This document shows, piece by piece, positions 13,714-24,921 of a stretch of 64,000 bases of DNA. Positions within the stretch are counted from its first letter, which is position 1, and each line of letters begins with the position of its first letter. Below the pieces are notes generated by a model. It was not told where the DNA came from, ran no database searches, and was given only the letters and a program-made list of their open reading frames with translations. The position numbers and the translations under genes were made by a program. The DNA comes from Camelus dromedarius (taxonomy: Eukaryota), in assembly GCF_036321535.1 (NCBI RefSeq), contig NC_087472.1:91204001-91268000 (forward strand), in the 5' to 3' direction.

Positions 13714-15711
13714 TAGATTATTTTTCCAAAGACATACAGATGTCTATGAAAAGATATCCGACATCACTATCAGGGAAATGTAAATCAAAACCACAATGAG
13801 AAACCACTTCACAACCTGTAAGAATAGCTACTATCAAAAAGACAAGAAATAAGGGTTGGCAAAGATGTGGTGAAAAGGGAACCCTTGTCCACTGTTGGGA
13901 ATATAAACTGGTGTGGCCAATTTGAGAAACAGTATGGACGTTTCTCAAATAATTAAAAATAGAACTATCATATAACCTAGCTATTCCACTTCTGGGTATT
14001 TATTTGAAGAATATGAAGACAATAATTCAAAAAGATATGTGCACCCCTATGTTCACTAGTTTTATTTACAAACTAGAAGTCATAAGAGGAAAGCTGGAAA
14101 ATCCACAAAAATGGGGAAATTAAACAACACACTCCTGAACAACCTATGGGTCAAAAAAGAATCACATAAAAAAAAAACTCTCAAAATAAATGAAAATAGA
14201 AACACAACACACCAAAACTTATGGGATGTAGCAAAAGCAGTTCTGAGAGTAAAGATTATAGTGATAAATGCATATATTAAGAAAATAGAGGAGGGAAGGA
14301 TGAATTAGGAGTTTGGGATCAGCAGATACAAACAACTATACACAAAACTGATAAAACAACAAGGTCCTACTGTATAGCACAGGGAACTATATTCAATAGC
14401 TTGTAATAACCTATAATGAAAAAGAAAATATATATGTATAAGTGAATCACTCTACAGTACACCAGAAACTAAAACAACATTGTAAATCAACTATTTTTCA
14501 ATTAAAAAAAATTAAAAGTAGAAAGGGCTTAAATAAACAACCTCAGTTTACACCTCAAGGAACTAGGGAAAGGCCAAACTAAGCCCAAAGTTAGCAGGAG
14601 GAAAAAAATAAAGATCAGAGTGGAAATAAATTAGAGACCAGATAATCAATAGAAAAAATTTAAAAACTGGTTTTTGAAAAAAACAAAATTGGCAAATCAG
14701 ACAAAATTGACAAATCTTTAGGTAGACAAAGAGAAGACTCAAATAATAGCAGAAATGAAAGAGGAGACATTCCAACTAATACTATAGAAATATAAATAAT
14801 TTTAAGAGACTACTATGAGCAATTATATGCCAGCAAATTTGATAACCTAGAAGAAACAGACAACTTTCTGGAAACATACAACCTCCCAAGACTGCATCAT
14901 GACAAAATAGATAATTTGAACAGACCAGTAACAAGTAAGGAGATTGAATCAGTAATCAAAAACTTCCCAACACAGAACCTCAGGATCAGATGGCTTCACT
15001 GTGAATTCTACCAAATTTTTAAAAAACAATCAATACCAATCTTACTCATTCTTCCAGAAAACTGAAGAAGAGCAAAAACTTCCAAATTATTTTATCAGGC
15101 CAGCATTACCCAGATACCAAAGTCAGGTAAAGACACTCCAAGAAAACTATAGATCAATAGTTTAATCCCAAAAAAATATAAATGCAAAAATTCTCAATCA
15201 AATACTAGCAAAGCAAATTTACTACATATATAAAGGATTATACACCATGATCAAATGGAATTTATCCCTGGAAGCAAGGTTGGCTCAACATATGTAAATC
15301 AATAATTATCATATATCACTTTAATAGAACGAAAGGTAAAAATCGTAAGTCATTTCATTAGATACAGAAAAAGCATTTGATAAAAATATAACACCTTTTC
15401 ATAATAAAAACTCTCAAGAAATTGAGTAGACAAGAAACATATCTCAATGTAAGACAAGACCATAACTAACATACTCATCTACAAGCTTTTCCTGTGAGAT
15501 CAGGAACAAAACAAGGGTGCCCGTTCCCAACACTCTTATTGAACATGGTACTGGAAGTCCTGGCTACAGCAATTAGGCAAGACAAAGAAATAAAAGGCAT
15601 TCAAACCAGAAACGAAGAAGTAAATTGTGATTATTTGCAGATGGCATGATAAAAGAAACCGTAATGATTCAATGGCAAAAATGGTTGGAACTAATCAATA
15701 AATTCAGTAAA

Positions 15712-15850
15712 GGGGGGAGGGTATTATAGCTCAGGTGGTAGAGCACATGCTTAGCATGCATGAGGTCCTGGGTTCAATCCCCAGTACCTCCTCTAAAAAT
15801 GAGTAAACAAACCTAATTACCTCCCTCTCCCCTCCACACACAAAATACAT
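15712..15850 (+). mobile_element. Vic-1-type SINE within L1 ORF2
   Basis: tRNA-Ala-like head plus AAACCTAATTACCTCCC tail; no clear TSD. Confidence 0.9.
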
Positions 15851-18211
15851 ATATATAATTAAAATGTCCAACTACTCAAAGTCACTTTGAGCAATGGAAC
15901 AGAATAGACCCCAGAAATAAACTCCCACATTTACCATCAACTAATATTTGACAAAGGAGCCAAGAACACTCAATGGGGAACGGATAGTTTCTTTAACAAA
16001 TGGTGTTGCAGATATAGAAAACAAATTTATGTTTACCAAAGGGGAAAGAATGCAGGGGAGGGGGAGGGATAAATTGGGAGTTTGGGATTAGCAGATACAA
16101 ACTACTATATACAGAACAGATAAACAACAAGGTCCTACTGTATAGCACAGTAAAGTATATTTAATAGCTTGTAATAACCTACAGTAAAAAAAATCTGAAA
16201 GAGAATGTATATGTATAACTGAATATGCTGTACACCAGAAACAAATACAACATTGTAAATCGACCATACTTCAATTTTAAAATGTGGTTTTGAGAAAACT
16301 GGAAAACCATGTACAGAAAAATGAAATAAAAATACTGCATAACATCACTTACGGTAGAATCTAAAAAAGCCAAACTTGTAAAATCAGAGAGTAGAATGGT
16401 GGTTACCAGGGGCTGGGGAGCAGGGGAATTAGGGAGATGTTGTTTGAGGGTACAGACTTGCAAAGAGTAGGTAAGTCCCAGAGATCTAATGCACAGCATA
16501 GTGATTATAGTCAACAATATAAAATTTCAAAGTTGCTAAAAGACCAGTTCTTAACTGTTCCCACCACAAAAAAGAAATATCATGTGATGTAATAGAGATG
16601 TTAGCTAACACTATGGTCTTAATCATAATGCTATATATAAATGTATTAAATCAACACATACATCTTAAACTTATACAATGTTATATCAACTATATCTCAA
16701 TAAAAATAAACGCAAAAATTAAGAAGTTATAAAAGTCTACACTCTTTGAAATATTCACAGGTTTATTTACGACATGCATTACTAATATAAATTTTATTTC
16801 TGTACTCTGAGGCAGTCCTTGAAAGCATAATACATTTTTTTTAAAGTATATGCAGCCCATGCAGTAAAGTGTGTTTACTTATGGAGAAAATCCAATGGAA
16901 ACATTGTGATGGGCCAGTATCTTCTGTAGCTGATATTTATTTGCTTTTCATGAAAAACCAAACCAGCATCATGACCCCAGGTGAAGGCTGGAATCGCTTG
17001 CTTGGTATTCTTGGGCAGTACTTGCACTTGTGAATTAGAGCAGGGAAAATCTGAAGGGTCCATCAAAGCAGATTGTTTCCTTTGCTCTAGTCATGCAGGA
17101 AATATTTTTAAAGGTGGATTTGGAGTTCTTATTTGGGTCAACATTGGAAGGGTTTTTTTTGTTTGTTTGTTTTTTATTGCTTGCCAGCTATATGTGCCTT
17201 TAAAAATATCTTCACCCCAGATAATGGTGAGTTTTATTCTCTGCTGATGTTCAAGTCTTTGCTACTTGTTCTGAGGCTCAAATTTATCCCATCCTTTCCT
17301 CCACTTGGTTCAGCCTCAAAACACACAGGGGTCTTTCAATGACTTTTCTTTTTTTTTTTGGCTAAAGCTATATAGTAGTTAGGTTTTACTATACAACTAC
17401 TGCAAAACTCTAGTTTAGATCATGATACTGTGGGTCAGCTGGATGATTCTGGGCTGCCTTGGTTGATCTCATATGAGTTCACCCATGCTGGCAGCTAGGT
17501 GCTATAGAAGATGACCTCAGTTAAATGTCTGGCAGGTGGATGAGGGTTGGCTGGGGTGCTGTGGAAGTGACCGGACTATGTGGTTTCTTGTCTTCAGACA
17601 AACTTTACAAGAAATATATCTGAAATTGAGAAACAGTGACTTCAAAACAATCTCCTACTGGCATTTTAAAAGGGTAATCTCATTTTCAAGGACTTTGGAT
17701 AGAATATTTAATGATCTTGGGGACCCACATTGTGTATTTTGTGTCCTGAAACTACCCCCTTTGTAAATTTCTTTGGTAACACTCCAAAGTGTTTTTCTGC
17801 TAGTAGGCAAGGAGAGACACTTGTAGACACTGCTCACTCATCCTATTGCAAAAGAGAGCAATTTTGATTACTTTGTCACACTTGGTGTTTGTTTTACCAG
17901 AAACGCTGGAGGCTTAAATTTAAAACCCCCAAAGTGGTAGAAGTTGTTCAGTATGTATTATTTAATCTTTCAGCTCAATAAAACTTTCCCATTTCCTCAA
18001 GCACTGATGAGGCCATCTGGAGCCCAGAATGACCAGACAAATGGGCAACACTGGTTACTATTGCTTCTCCTCAAGGAACATTAACTAAAATGTCCTTTTA
18101 AAGTAAAGCATCTGGACCTATTTATCACTGTTTAACAATGTGAAGGGAGTTGCATCCTAAACAGAGGATTGCATTAAGATGCTGAGTATGCATCGAAAAG
18201 AAATGCAAGAT

Positions 18212-18319
18212 GGGGAGGGTATAGCATGCACAAGGTCCTGGGTTCAATGCCCAGTACTTCCATTCAAGATAAATAAATAAAAACCTAATTACCTCCCCAG
18301 CCTCAAAAATAAAATTTAA
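18212..18319 (+). mobile_element. Vic-1-type SINE with internal deletion
   Basis: GGGGAGGGTATAGC joined to ATGCACAAGGTCC; TSD AAAAGAAATGCAA (18196-18208/18320-18332). Confidence 0.88.
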
Positions 18320-18542
18320 AAAAGAAATGCAACAAGGAGGTAAATGATTGTCGACATCTCTCCTTCTCAAAGATGTAGAACTCTGCGTCAGTGTCATGGG
18401 TGGCAAAAAAATCCCCCATCCCTGTTTCCATATTTTAGAGTCTTTCTGAATTTTCAAAATAAGGTGAAAAGTTGACCCTACATTAGATTCTACAGAACAT
18501 TCGTAATTTCATGGACACTGAGCTTTTCCTTGACCCACTCAA

Positions 18543-18578
<36 letters not shown>

Positions 18579-18614
18579 TCACTCACTCACTCACTCACTC
18601 ACTCTCATACACAC
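18543..18614. repeat. Compound microsatellite (CA)n(TA)n(CACT)n
   Basis: Directly visible. Confidence 0.95.
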
Positions 18615-18858
18615 AAAGATCTGACCAAACTCCTGAATGAATCCTGACTTCCAAAAGGCCTCCTCATCCAGCCCCTGACCCCTCCGAGTTAGTTGCTGGT
18701 TCCTTGCTCAGGGTCACTATTGAAACTTGAAGGATTTTAAGCAGTGAATTGACATCTCAGGTTCATGTTTAGAAAACTGTTAGAGCAGCAAGACTGGGAC
18801 AGTTAGTTTTTGCTGTGTAAATAAATAAACCCCAAACAGAGAAGCTTAAAGAAACCAC

Positions 18859-18960
18859 CGGTCGCTCTCTCTTTCTGAGACGACCCACACTCTGCCTATG
18901 GAGGAGTATCTACCTTTACTTTAACAATCCCCCTACACTTTTATTAAAAAAACAAAACAA
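18859..18960 (+). mobile_element. Short A-tailed fragment related to the 44508-44936 LTR family, inserted in an MLT1 remnant
   Basis: CGCTCTCTCTTTCTGAGACGACCCACACTCTGCCTATGGAGGAGTATCTACCTTTACTT aligns by eye to ~44797-44857. Confidence 0.55.
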
Positions 18961-19700
18961 TCATTTCACTGCTCATGAGTCTGTGGGCAAAGCCAATCAC
19001 ATGGCCAAGCCAGGAGTCTGTGCACATAGGAACCAGTTAAAGGTGTGGATACAGAAAGGTGGAAACAAACTAGGGACCATCACCACAGCAATCTACTGCA
19101 GAGGGGTTATTTCATTTGTGAGTGCCTTCAAAACATGTGGGTGGATTTTCTATGGCCCCGTTTTTTTTTTTTTCTCTTTTTTTTGCATTCATATACATGT
19201 CAAGAGATGATGAAGCTTTAAATAAGGTTACTAAGGAGGGTTAATAAGGGGACAGTAAAGTATGATATTCTGTTTTGATTTCTATTTATGTTTAAATTGA
19301 CTTCAAGTTATGCTCATTTTTTCTACTGGGAAGGGTTTAGTGTTATACAAACCAAGAGAATTCATCCTACAGACTTTACAGAAGCGTTAAGTAATCATGA
19401 TCACCATGTATTATCCCCTAGAAACTCACCACTGTTTATAGATTTACATACAGAGAAGTATCCATTTAAATTTTTTTTTTGCTTATAAGTTAGTTCCCTA
19501 TCTACACAAAGGAGACCACTTAATCGATTACTTCAAGTATAAAACAAATTCTTGTTATTTTTCTATTTTTATCCCTTCAAAATGCCCTAATTACTCATTC
19601 ATTCCAAAAAAATAGTTATTTAGCTTATTATGTGCAAGGAACACAGTGCCAATGTATGATATGGTTTTCCCATTTGCTGTCCCCCCTCTATCCCAGGCTT

Positions 19701-20605
19701 ATTCATTCACTCACTTTTTCAGCAAATATCTACTGAGTATATTTTGTAAGGCAAGTGCAATTATAACTCTGCATATCAAACTCATACATTTAATCAATAA
19801 ATACGCACTGAGTGTCAGTTATGTGCCAGGCACTGTCCTAGACATTAGGGCTCCAAGGATGAGCAAAGCCTGGCATTCTTTACTTTCTAGAATTTATAGT
19901 GGACTTGGGAATACAGACATTAATTGGAAAAATTACACAAACGTGTATTCAATCACAAAATGACATAAGAAATAAGTACAATAAAGGAAAACATAGTTTG
20001 CATCAGGGAGCCCCAAAAGGTTTCCCTAAGCAAGTGATGCCTGAGGTGAGGTGAGAGGGTTGGGAAGAGCCAGTGGGGGGACAAGCGGAAAAGAATCCAT
20101 GGCAAAAGCCACAACACACTCTGTGGCTGGAGGGGCAATGCCCATTACCAGAACTGAAGGAAGGGCTGGAGTAGAGAGCCGAGTGTGGGAAGTTGTGGAG
20201 ATGAGGCTGGAGATGGGGGGTGGGGGTTAGCTCACGCTGTGAGGGGCTGTAGGTCATGGTAACTATATGGGCTTTTATCTTAAGATAAATGAGAGTCATT
20301 GAAGGATTTTAAGTGGGAAGGAGACACTGTCAGATTTGTTTTTAAAAACAAATTTTAAAATTATTGCTCTGATTTACAATGGATTGGAGTGGAGTCAGGG
20401 TGGATGCAGTGAGATGAGGAGGAATCCCTGTTTAGTGGTCCAGGTGGAAGCCTGGACTAGGATGTTGCCAGTATACACGGAGAAAAGGAGATGAGTTTCA
20501 GATTTATAGGCGGTAAAAAAAAAAAAAAAAAAAAAAACAGACTCTGGTGATGTGTACGCGCAGACGAAGGCGGAGGCCGACTCCAAGGTCCTCAAGTGGT
20601 TCAAT
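19701..20605 (-). mobile_element. LINE-2 remnant(s)
   Basis: ATTCATTCACTCAC...CAAATATCTACTGAG and CACTGAGTGTCAGTTATGTGCCAGGCACTGT (reverse of L2 3' end). Confidence 0.75.
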
Positions 20606-20611
20606 AATACC

Positions 20612-22013
20612 TTTGATAAGGTTTTTACCTACAATTCTGCACCCAAGTCCAATGTGTGGGGTTTTTCCCCCACAACCAATTCTCCGACACCAGCTGAGTA
20701 CCCTCTAAATCAACTTAATTCTGACACTACCTGAAGACAACGTCAGATCCCACAGGTTAAAGTATTAGGGCAGTAGATATGAGCAGAGAAAGGGGGACGT
20801 GGGCCAAATGGCAGGAAACCATACATCATGTGAATAATGGGGGGGGGGGGTGTCCTTGGGCAAACAGAGAAGCAGGAATCTTGGGACTGACAAAAGATAC
20901 AATTTTTAGGGTGACAAGTGGCCTGGAGGCCAACAAAGAAAGGCAGGAAAAAGCAAATATCTCCAGTGTCCAAATGTAACCTTTTGCTCACTATGCCCTC
21001 ATTTCAATAAAATTAGCCTTGCAGATTAGAAGCACCCATCACGCACAGATGCTGTAACACTTCCCATCCAGACAAAATAAGGACAAAAATCCCTCTTCCC
21101 CTCAGGAAGCTGGAGCTAGGATGAAAATCAGGGAATACGACCCCAAACCCTTCCCTCCCCAATGAATATTCTACCCATCCCTTCATTTTTACACCCTGTG
21201 TAACCAATTTACCAAAGAAACTCAGCGCAGCTGCTCACCTGAGCCGGTCCCCTCTCCCCTTGAGAGTGTACTATCTATCGCTTAATAAATCCTCACTTTA
21301 CTTTCTTAACCTCTGTGTCTAGTCTCTAAATTCTTTCTGCAACAAGACAAGAACCTAATTGCTGGCAACAAAGGGCTCGGAGCCCCACAAGAGCACCCCC
21401 TCCTTCAAACGCCAGTCACAAGTCCAGACTGCTACTGTGCCTCTGACCGACCGGCTATAGATCAGAGGTTCCTACAACCCTCTCCTCGGGTTGGATTATC
21501 TTGCTAGAGCAGCTCACAGAACTCAGAGAAACATTTTACTTACGTGATTACTGGTGTATTATAAAAGAACGTAACTCAGGAACAGCCAGATGGAAAAGAC
21601 GCGTAGACCAGAGTACGTGGGAAGGGGTAAGGAGCTTCCACACCGCCTCCAGGTCCACCAGCCTACCACCCTCCTCAGTCTTTACGTGTTCACCAACCTG
21701 GAAACTCTGAATCTTGTCCTTCGGGGTTTTCATGGAGGCTTCATTACATCGGCCGTTGACAGCGGAACTCAAACTCCAGCACTCCCTTCCCCGAAGAGCA
21801 GGGAATGGGACTGAAACTTCCAGCCCTCTTACCACGTGGTTGGCTCCCCTGGCAACCAGCCCCCATCCTTAGGTGCTTTCTACGTAACCTCATTAACATG
21901 ATAGAAGACACCTTTACCACTCTAATCACAGGAAATTCCAAGGGTTTTAGGAGCTCTGTGCCGGGAACCAGGACAAAGACCAAATATTTCTTACTATAAA
22001 TCACAGTATCACA
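20612..22013 (-). mobile_element. MER21-like LTR element, split by a nested LTR
   Basis: Ends CTTACTATAAATCACAGTATCACA (reverse complement of MER21-type 5' end); GATCCCACAGGTTAA//AAGGGCTC junction rejoins across the nested insert. Confidence 0.75.
20763..21370 (+). mobile_element. Solo LTR (608 bp) nested in the MER21-like element
   Basis: TATTAGGGCAG...CTGGCAACA termini, near-perfect TSD AAAG/AAGG, AATAAA 21284-21289. Confidence 0.78.
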
Positions 22014-22040
22014 TTACCAATTGCAAAGGCAATCCATGAA

Positions 22041-22482
22041 GTCTCAGCTTTTACTGCTAAAGTACCCCCAAAATGCAATGACTTAAAACAACAATCATTT
22101 ACTCACAATTTTGAGGTGTGGCGATTTGAGCTGTGCTCTTGTGGGTGGTTCCTCTACTGCTGGCCTCTGGGCTCAGGCTCCTGAATGCCTTCAGCTGGAA
22201 GTGGGGCAGACTAAGAGCGCTCAGCTGAAATCACTGATTGACTGTTCCACCTAATCTTCTAGGCTTCTTTACGTGGCGGTCTCAGGGCTCCGAAGAATAA
22301 CAAGAGAAGCTACTCCCAAAGTGCTGTCACTTTTCCAGCTTTTGCTTGCACTTCACTCACTACTGTCCCATTGGACAAGTCACACAGTCCAGCCTGGAGT
22401 CACTGTACAGGAGGATCACCCAGGGACATGGATATAGGGAGCTGTGACCAAATGGGGGAAATTACTGAACAATCTGCCTCAC
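22041..22482 (-). mobile_element. MLT1-type LTR remnant
   Basis: CCCCAAAATGCAATGACTTAAAACAACAATCATTTACTCACAATTTTG; CCATTGGACAAGTCACA. Confidence 0.7.
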
Positions 22483-22585
22483 GTGGTTTCATTGTTTTAA
22501 CAATAAATGACTTGAAAACTTGTGGGAGGATAGCCTATGATCTCAGGGATTGATTTATATTTGTGTGGAATCAACACATTGTTAT

Positions 22586-23011
22586 TGCCAACTAAGGAAC
22601 GTCACTCACCGTCCAGCTCTACAAGGATTGAGTCTTTACCCACTGCAGTCACTGACCTTCAGCACACCCTGCAAGGAGTTCAGGGCAGAGATCAGGAATG
22701 AGGCACTCTGGGAAAACTGGCAGAACTGGCCTTCAGATAGACATTTTCAAAAGAAGATTTTACGAAACCAATTTCTTGCACCTTTCCATAATTAGAAAAG
22801 ACCATTAGCTAAGATATCTGCTCATGACCAACAATAACCTGCTACCAAGATGTAGGCAGCATCGCAGGTAACCCTTCTCCAAAATCACATATACCTCTTT
22901 GGAGCAGTTTCTCAGGGCTGAGAGGCTGCCTCCCGGACTATACAGATTCAGTAAGTCCCCAAATAAAAGTGAAACTCACAGCTCTCGCGTGCATTTTTAT
23001 TTCAGTCAAGA
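22586..23011 (+). mobile_element. Solo ERV1-type LTR (artiodactyl MER41-like)
   Basis: Termini TGCCAACT...AGTCAAGA (degenerate TG..CA inverted repeat), 4-bp TSD TTAT (22582-22585/23012-23015), AATAAA near 22962. Confidence 0.8.
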
Positions 23012-23138
23012 TTATCAAGGCACAATCGCTATTTGACCTGGTGCTCGTGACCTAGTGTCATATACACACGCACACACGTATCAAGTAGTTTGTTTAGTCA
23101 ACTCCCCCCTTATCCCCTGCTAAATCTCATACTTTAGT

Positions 23139-23244
23139 GGTGAGGGTATAGATCAGTGGTAGAGCACATGTTTAGCATGCATGAGATCCTGGGTTCAATC
23201 CCCAGTGCCTCTATTAAAAATAAATAAACCTAACTTCTTCCCCT
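23139..23244 (+). mobile_element. Vic-1-type SINE within or abutting the NUMT control-region segment
   Basis: GAGGGTATAGATCAGTGGTAGAGCACATGTTTAGCATGCATGAGATCCTGGGTTCAATCCCCAG. Confidence 0.9.
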
Positions 23245-23419
23245 AGATCTGCCATTTACCTCCAACAAAATCAAAATTAAAGTACATTTTAGTAATCTCC
23301 AAAAGAAAAAAAATTAAATATTTCAAGACTAATTTTAACATACAACCCAAACTACCATCCAAATACCAACATATTACTTAAATATATAATTCTTACACAT
23401 ATAAAATCCTACTCAACCT

Positions 23420-23488
23420 ATTAATGTGGCTTAATAATTAAGGCAAGGCACTGAAAATGCCTAGATGAGTTTACTAACTCCAAAAACA
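23420..23488 (+). pseudogene. mt-tRNA-Phe copy (NUMT)
   Basis: ATTAATGTGGCTTAATAATTAAGGCAAGGCACTGAAAATGCCTAGATGAG...CTCCAAAAACA; GAA anticodon in GGCACTGAAAATGCC stem-loop. Confidence 0.93.
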
Positions 23489-24853
23489 CATAGGTTTGGT
23501 CCTAGGCCATTAATTTCTAATAAAATTACACATGCAAGTACCTTCATTCTAGTGAGAATGCCCTCTAAATCATAATAGATTAAAAGGAGCAGGCATCAAG
23601 CACTCTATAAAGTAGCTCACGACATCTTGCTTAACTGTGAAGGAAAAGCCCAGCTGGGCTAACGAGCTAAGTCACAAATCTAAGTGTGATAAGTGTCGGT
23701 TTACTGATCTAAGTTCTGCTGGGCTAACTCATAAATCTGAAGTTTAGTGTCAGTTTACTGGGCTAATAAGCTAACTCGTAAATCCAAGCTCAACAAGTGT
23801 CAGTAACGTGATCTGTTCCAAATTGATAAGCTCCAGTGTACTGATTCCTTGCTTTTTGTTGCTTGAACCTTATTGGCTAATAGCCCCATACTTGTAATTA
23901 ACCCTATAAAACCTCATGTGCACGTCTTGGAGGTGCTCAGAGCTTCGGAGTAGAAGCCCCTCTGAGCCCGCCGACGTAATAAATCTGAGTACTCCAACCC
24001 TCCGAGTGGTGCTTGTTTCTTGGCTGGCCTGTCATTTCCGTAACATAACCACACCCCATGGGAAACGGCAGTGATTAAAAATTAATGTCTGATGACATTA
24101 CATTAACTAAACAGGGTTGGTAAATTTCATGCAAGCCACTGCTGTCATACGTTAACCCAAATCAATAGAAATCTGTTGTAAAGCATGTTAAAGAGTACCC
24201 CAAAATAAAGTTCAGTCCTAGCTAACGTGTCAAAAGCCATAGATAGAATTAAAATAAGCTACAGAAAGTGACTTTAACATTTCTGATTACACAACAGCTA
24301 AGATCCAGACTGGAATTAGATACCCGACTATGCTTAGCCCTAAACCCATGTAATTTTAGCAACAAAATTATTCGCCAGCGTACTATTAGCAATAGGCTAA
24401 AAGTCAAAGGACTTGGCGGTGCTCCTTTCTAGAGGAGCCTCTTCTATAATTGATAAACCACACCAACTGTTGCTAATACAGAGTATATACCACCAGCTTC
24501 AGCAAACTCTAGAAATGACTAATAGTAAGCATAATTATCAGACATAAAAACGTTAGGTCAAGGTGTAACCTATGGGATGGGAAGAAATGGGCTACATTTT
24601 TTTACCTCAAGAACATAAAATATTTTATATGAAAGTTTTTATGACATTAAAAGCCAAACGAGAATTTAGTAGTAAATTAAGAATATGGAGTGCTTAATTG
24701 AATCAGGTCTGGAAGCTCACTCACACCCACACTGCCCGCCATGCTCCTCAAATAGCAAAAACTCCTTATAACCTAGAAATAAGTACCAGAAAACATAGAA
24801 GAGGAGATAAGTCATGACAAGGTAAGCAGAGTGCAAAGTGTTCTTGGATGAAT
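23489..24853 (+). pseudogene. mt 12S rRNA copy (NUMT), split by LTR at 23636-24045
   Basis: CATAGGTTTGGTCCTAG start; ACTGGAATTAGATACCCGACTATGCTTAGCCCTAAAC; AAAGGACTTGGCGGTGC; AACGTTAGGTCAAGGTGTAACC; GAGGAGATAAGTCATGACAAGGTAAGC near 3' end. Confidence 0.95.
23636..24045 (+). mobile_element. Solo ERV LTR (410 bp, ERV1-like) inserted in the 12S NUMT
   Basis: TGTGAAGGAAA...TTTCCGTAACA termini; perfect 4-bp TSD TAAC (23632-23635/24046-24049); reverse CCAAT 23872-23876, TATAAA 23905-23910, AATAAA 23978-23983. Confidence 0.92.
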
Positions 24854-24921
24854 CAAAGTGTAGCCCAAACAGAAACACCTAGTTTACACCCAGGAGATTT
24901 CAGACTGCATGAACACTTTGA
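24854..24921 (+). pseudogene. mt-tRNA-Val copy (NUMT)
   Basis: CAAAGTGTAGC...CCTAGTTTACACCCAGGAGATTTCA...CACTTTGA; TAC anticodon; acceptor stem CAAAGTG/CACTTTG; lies between 12S and 16S. Confidence 0.9.

Larger units (their letters stand above)
11805..16710 (+). mobile_element. Composite, rearranged LINE-1 cluster (5' UTR, ORF1 start, ORF2 pieces, several 3' ends)
   Basis: ORF1 start (DLPDKEFKTAVLKKL-like) ~13150-13300; late ORF2 13333-14069; earlier ORF2 14070-16008; nested 3' ends ~14290-14510, ~16009-16280, ~16320-16710. Confidence 0.85.

Noticed and set aside
23654..23815. CRISPR-like repeat-spacer array
   Set aside because: Eukaryotic context; irregular degenerate repeats within an LTR U3 region.
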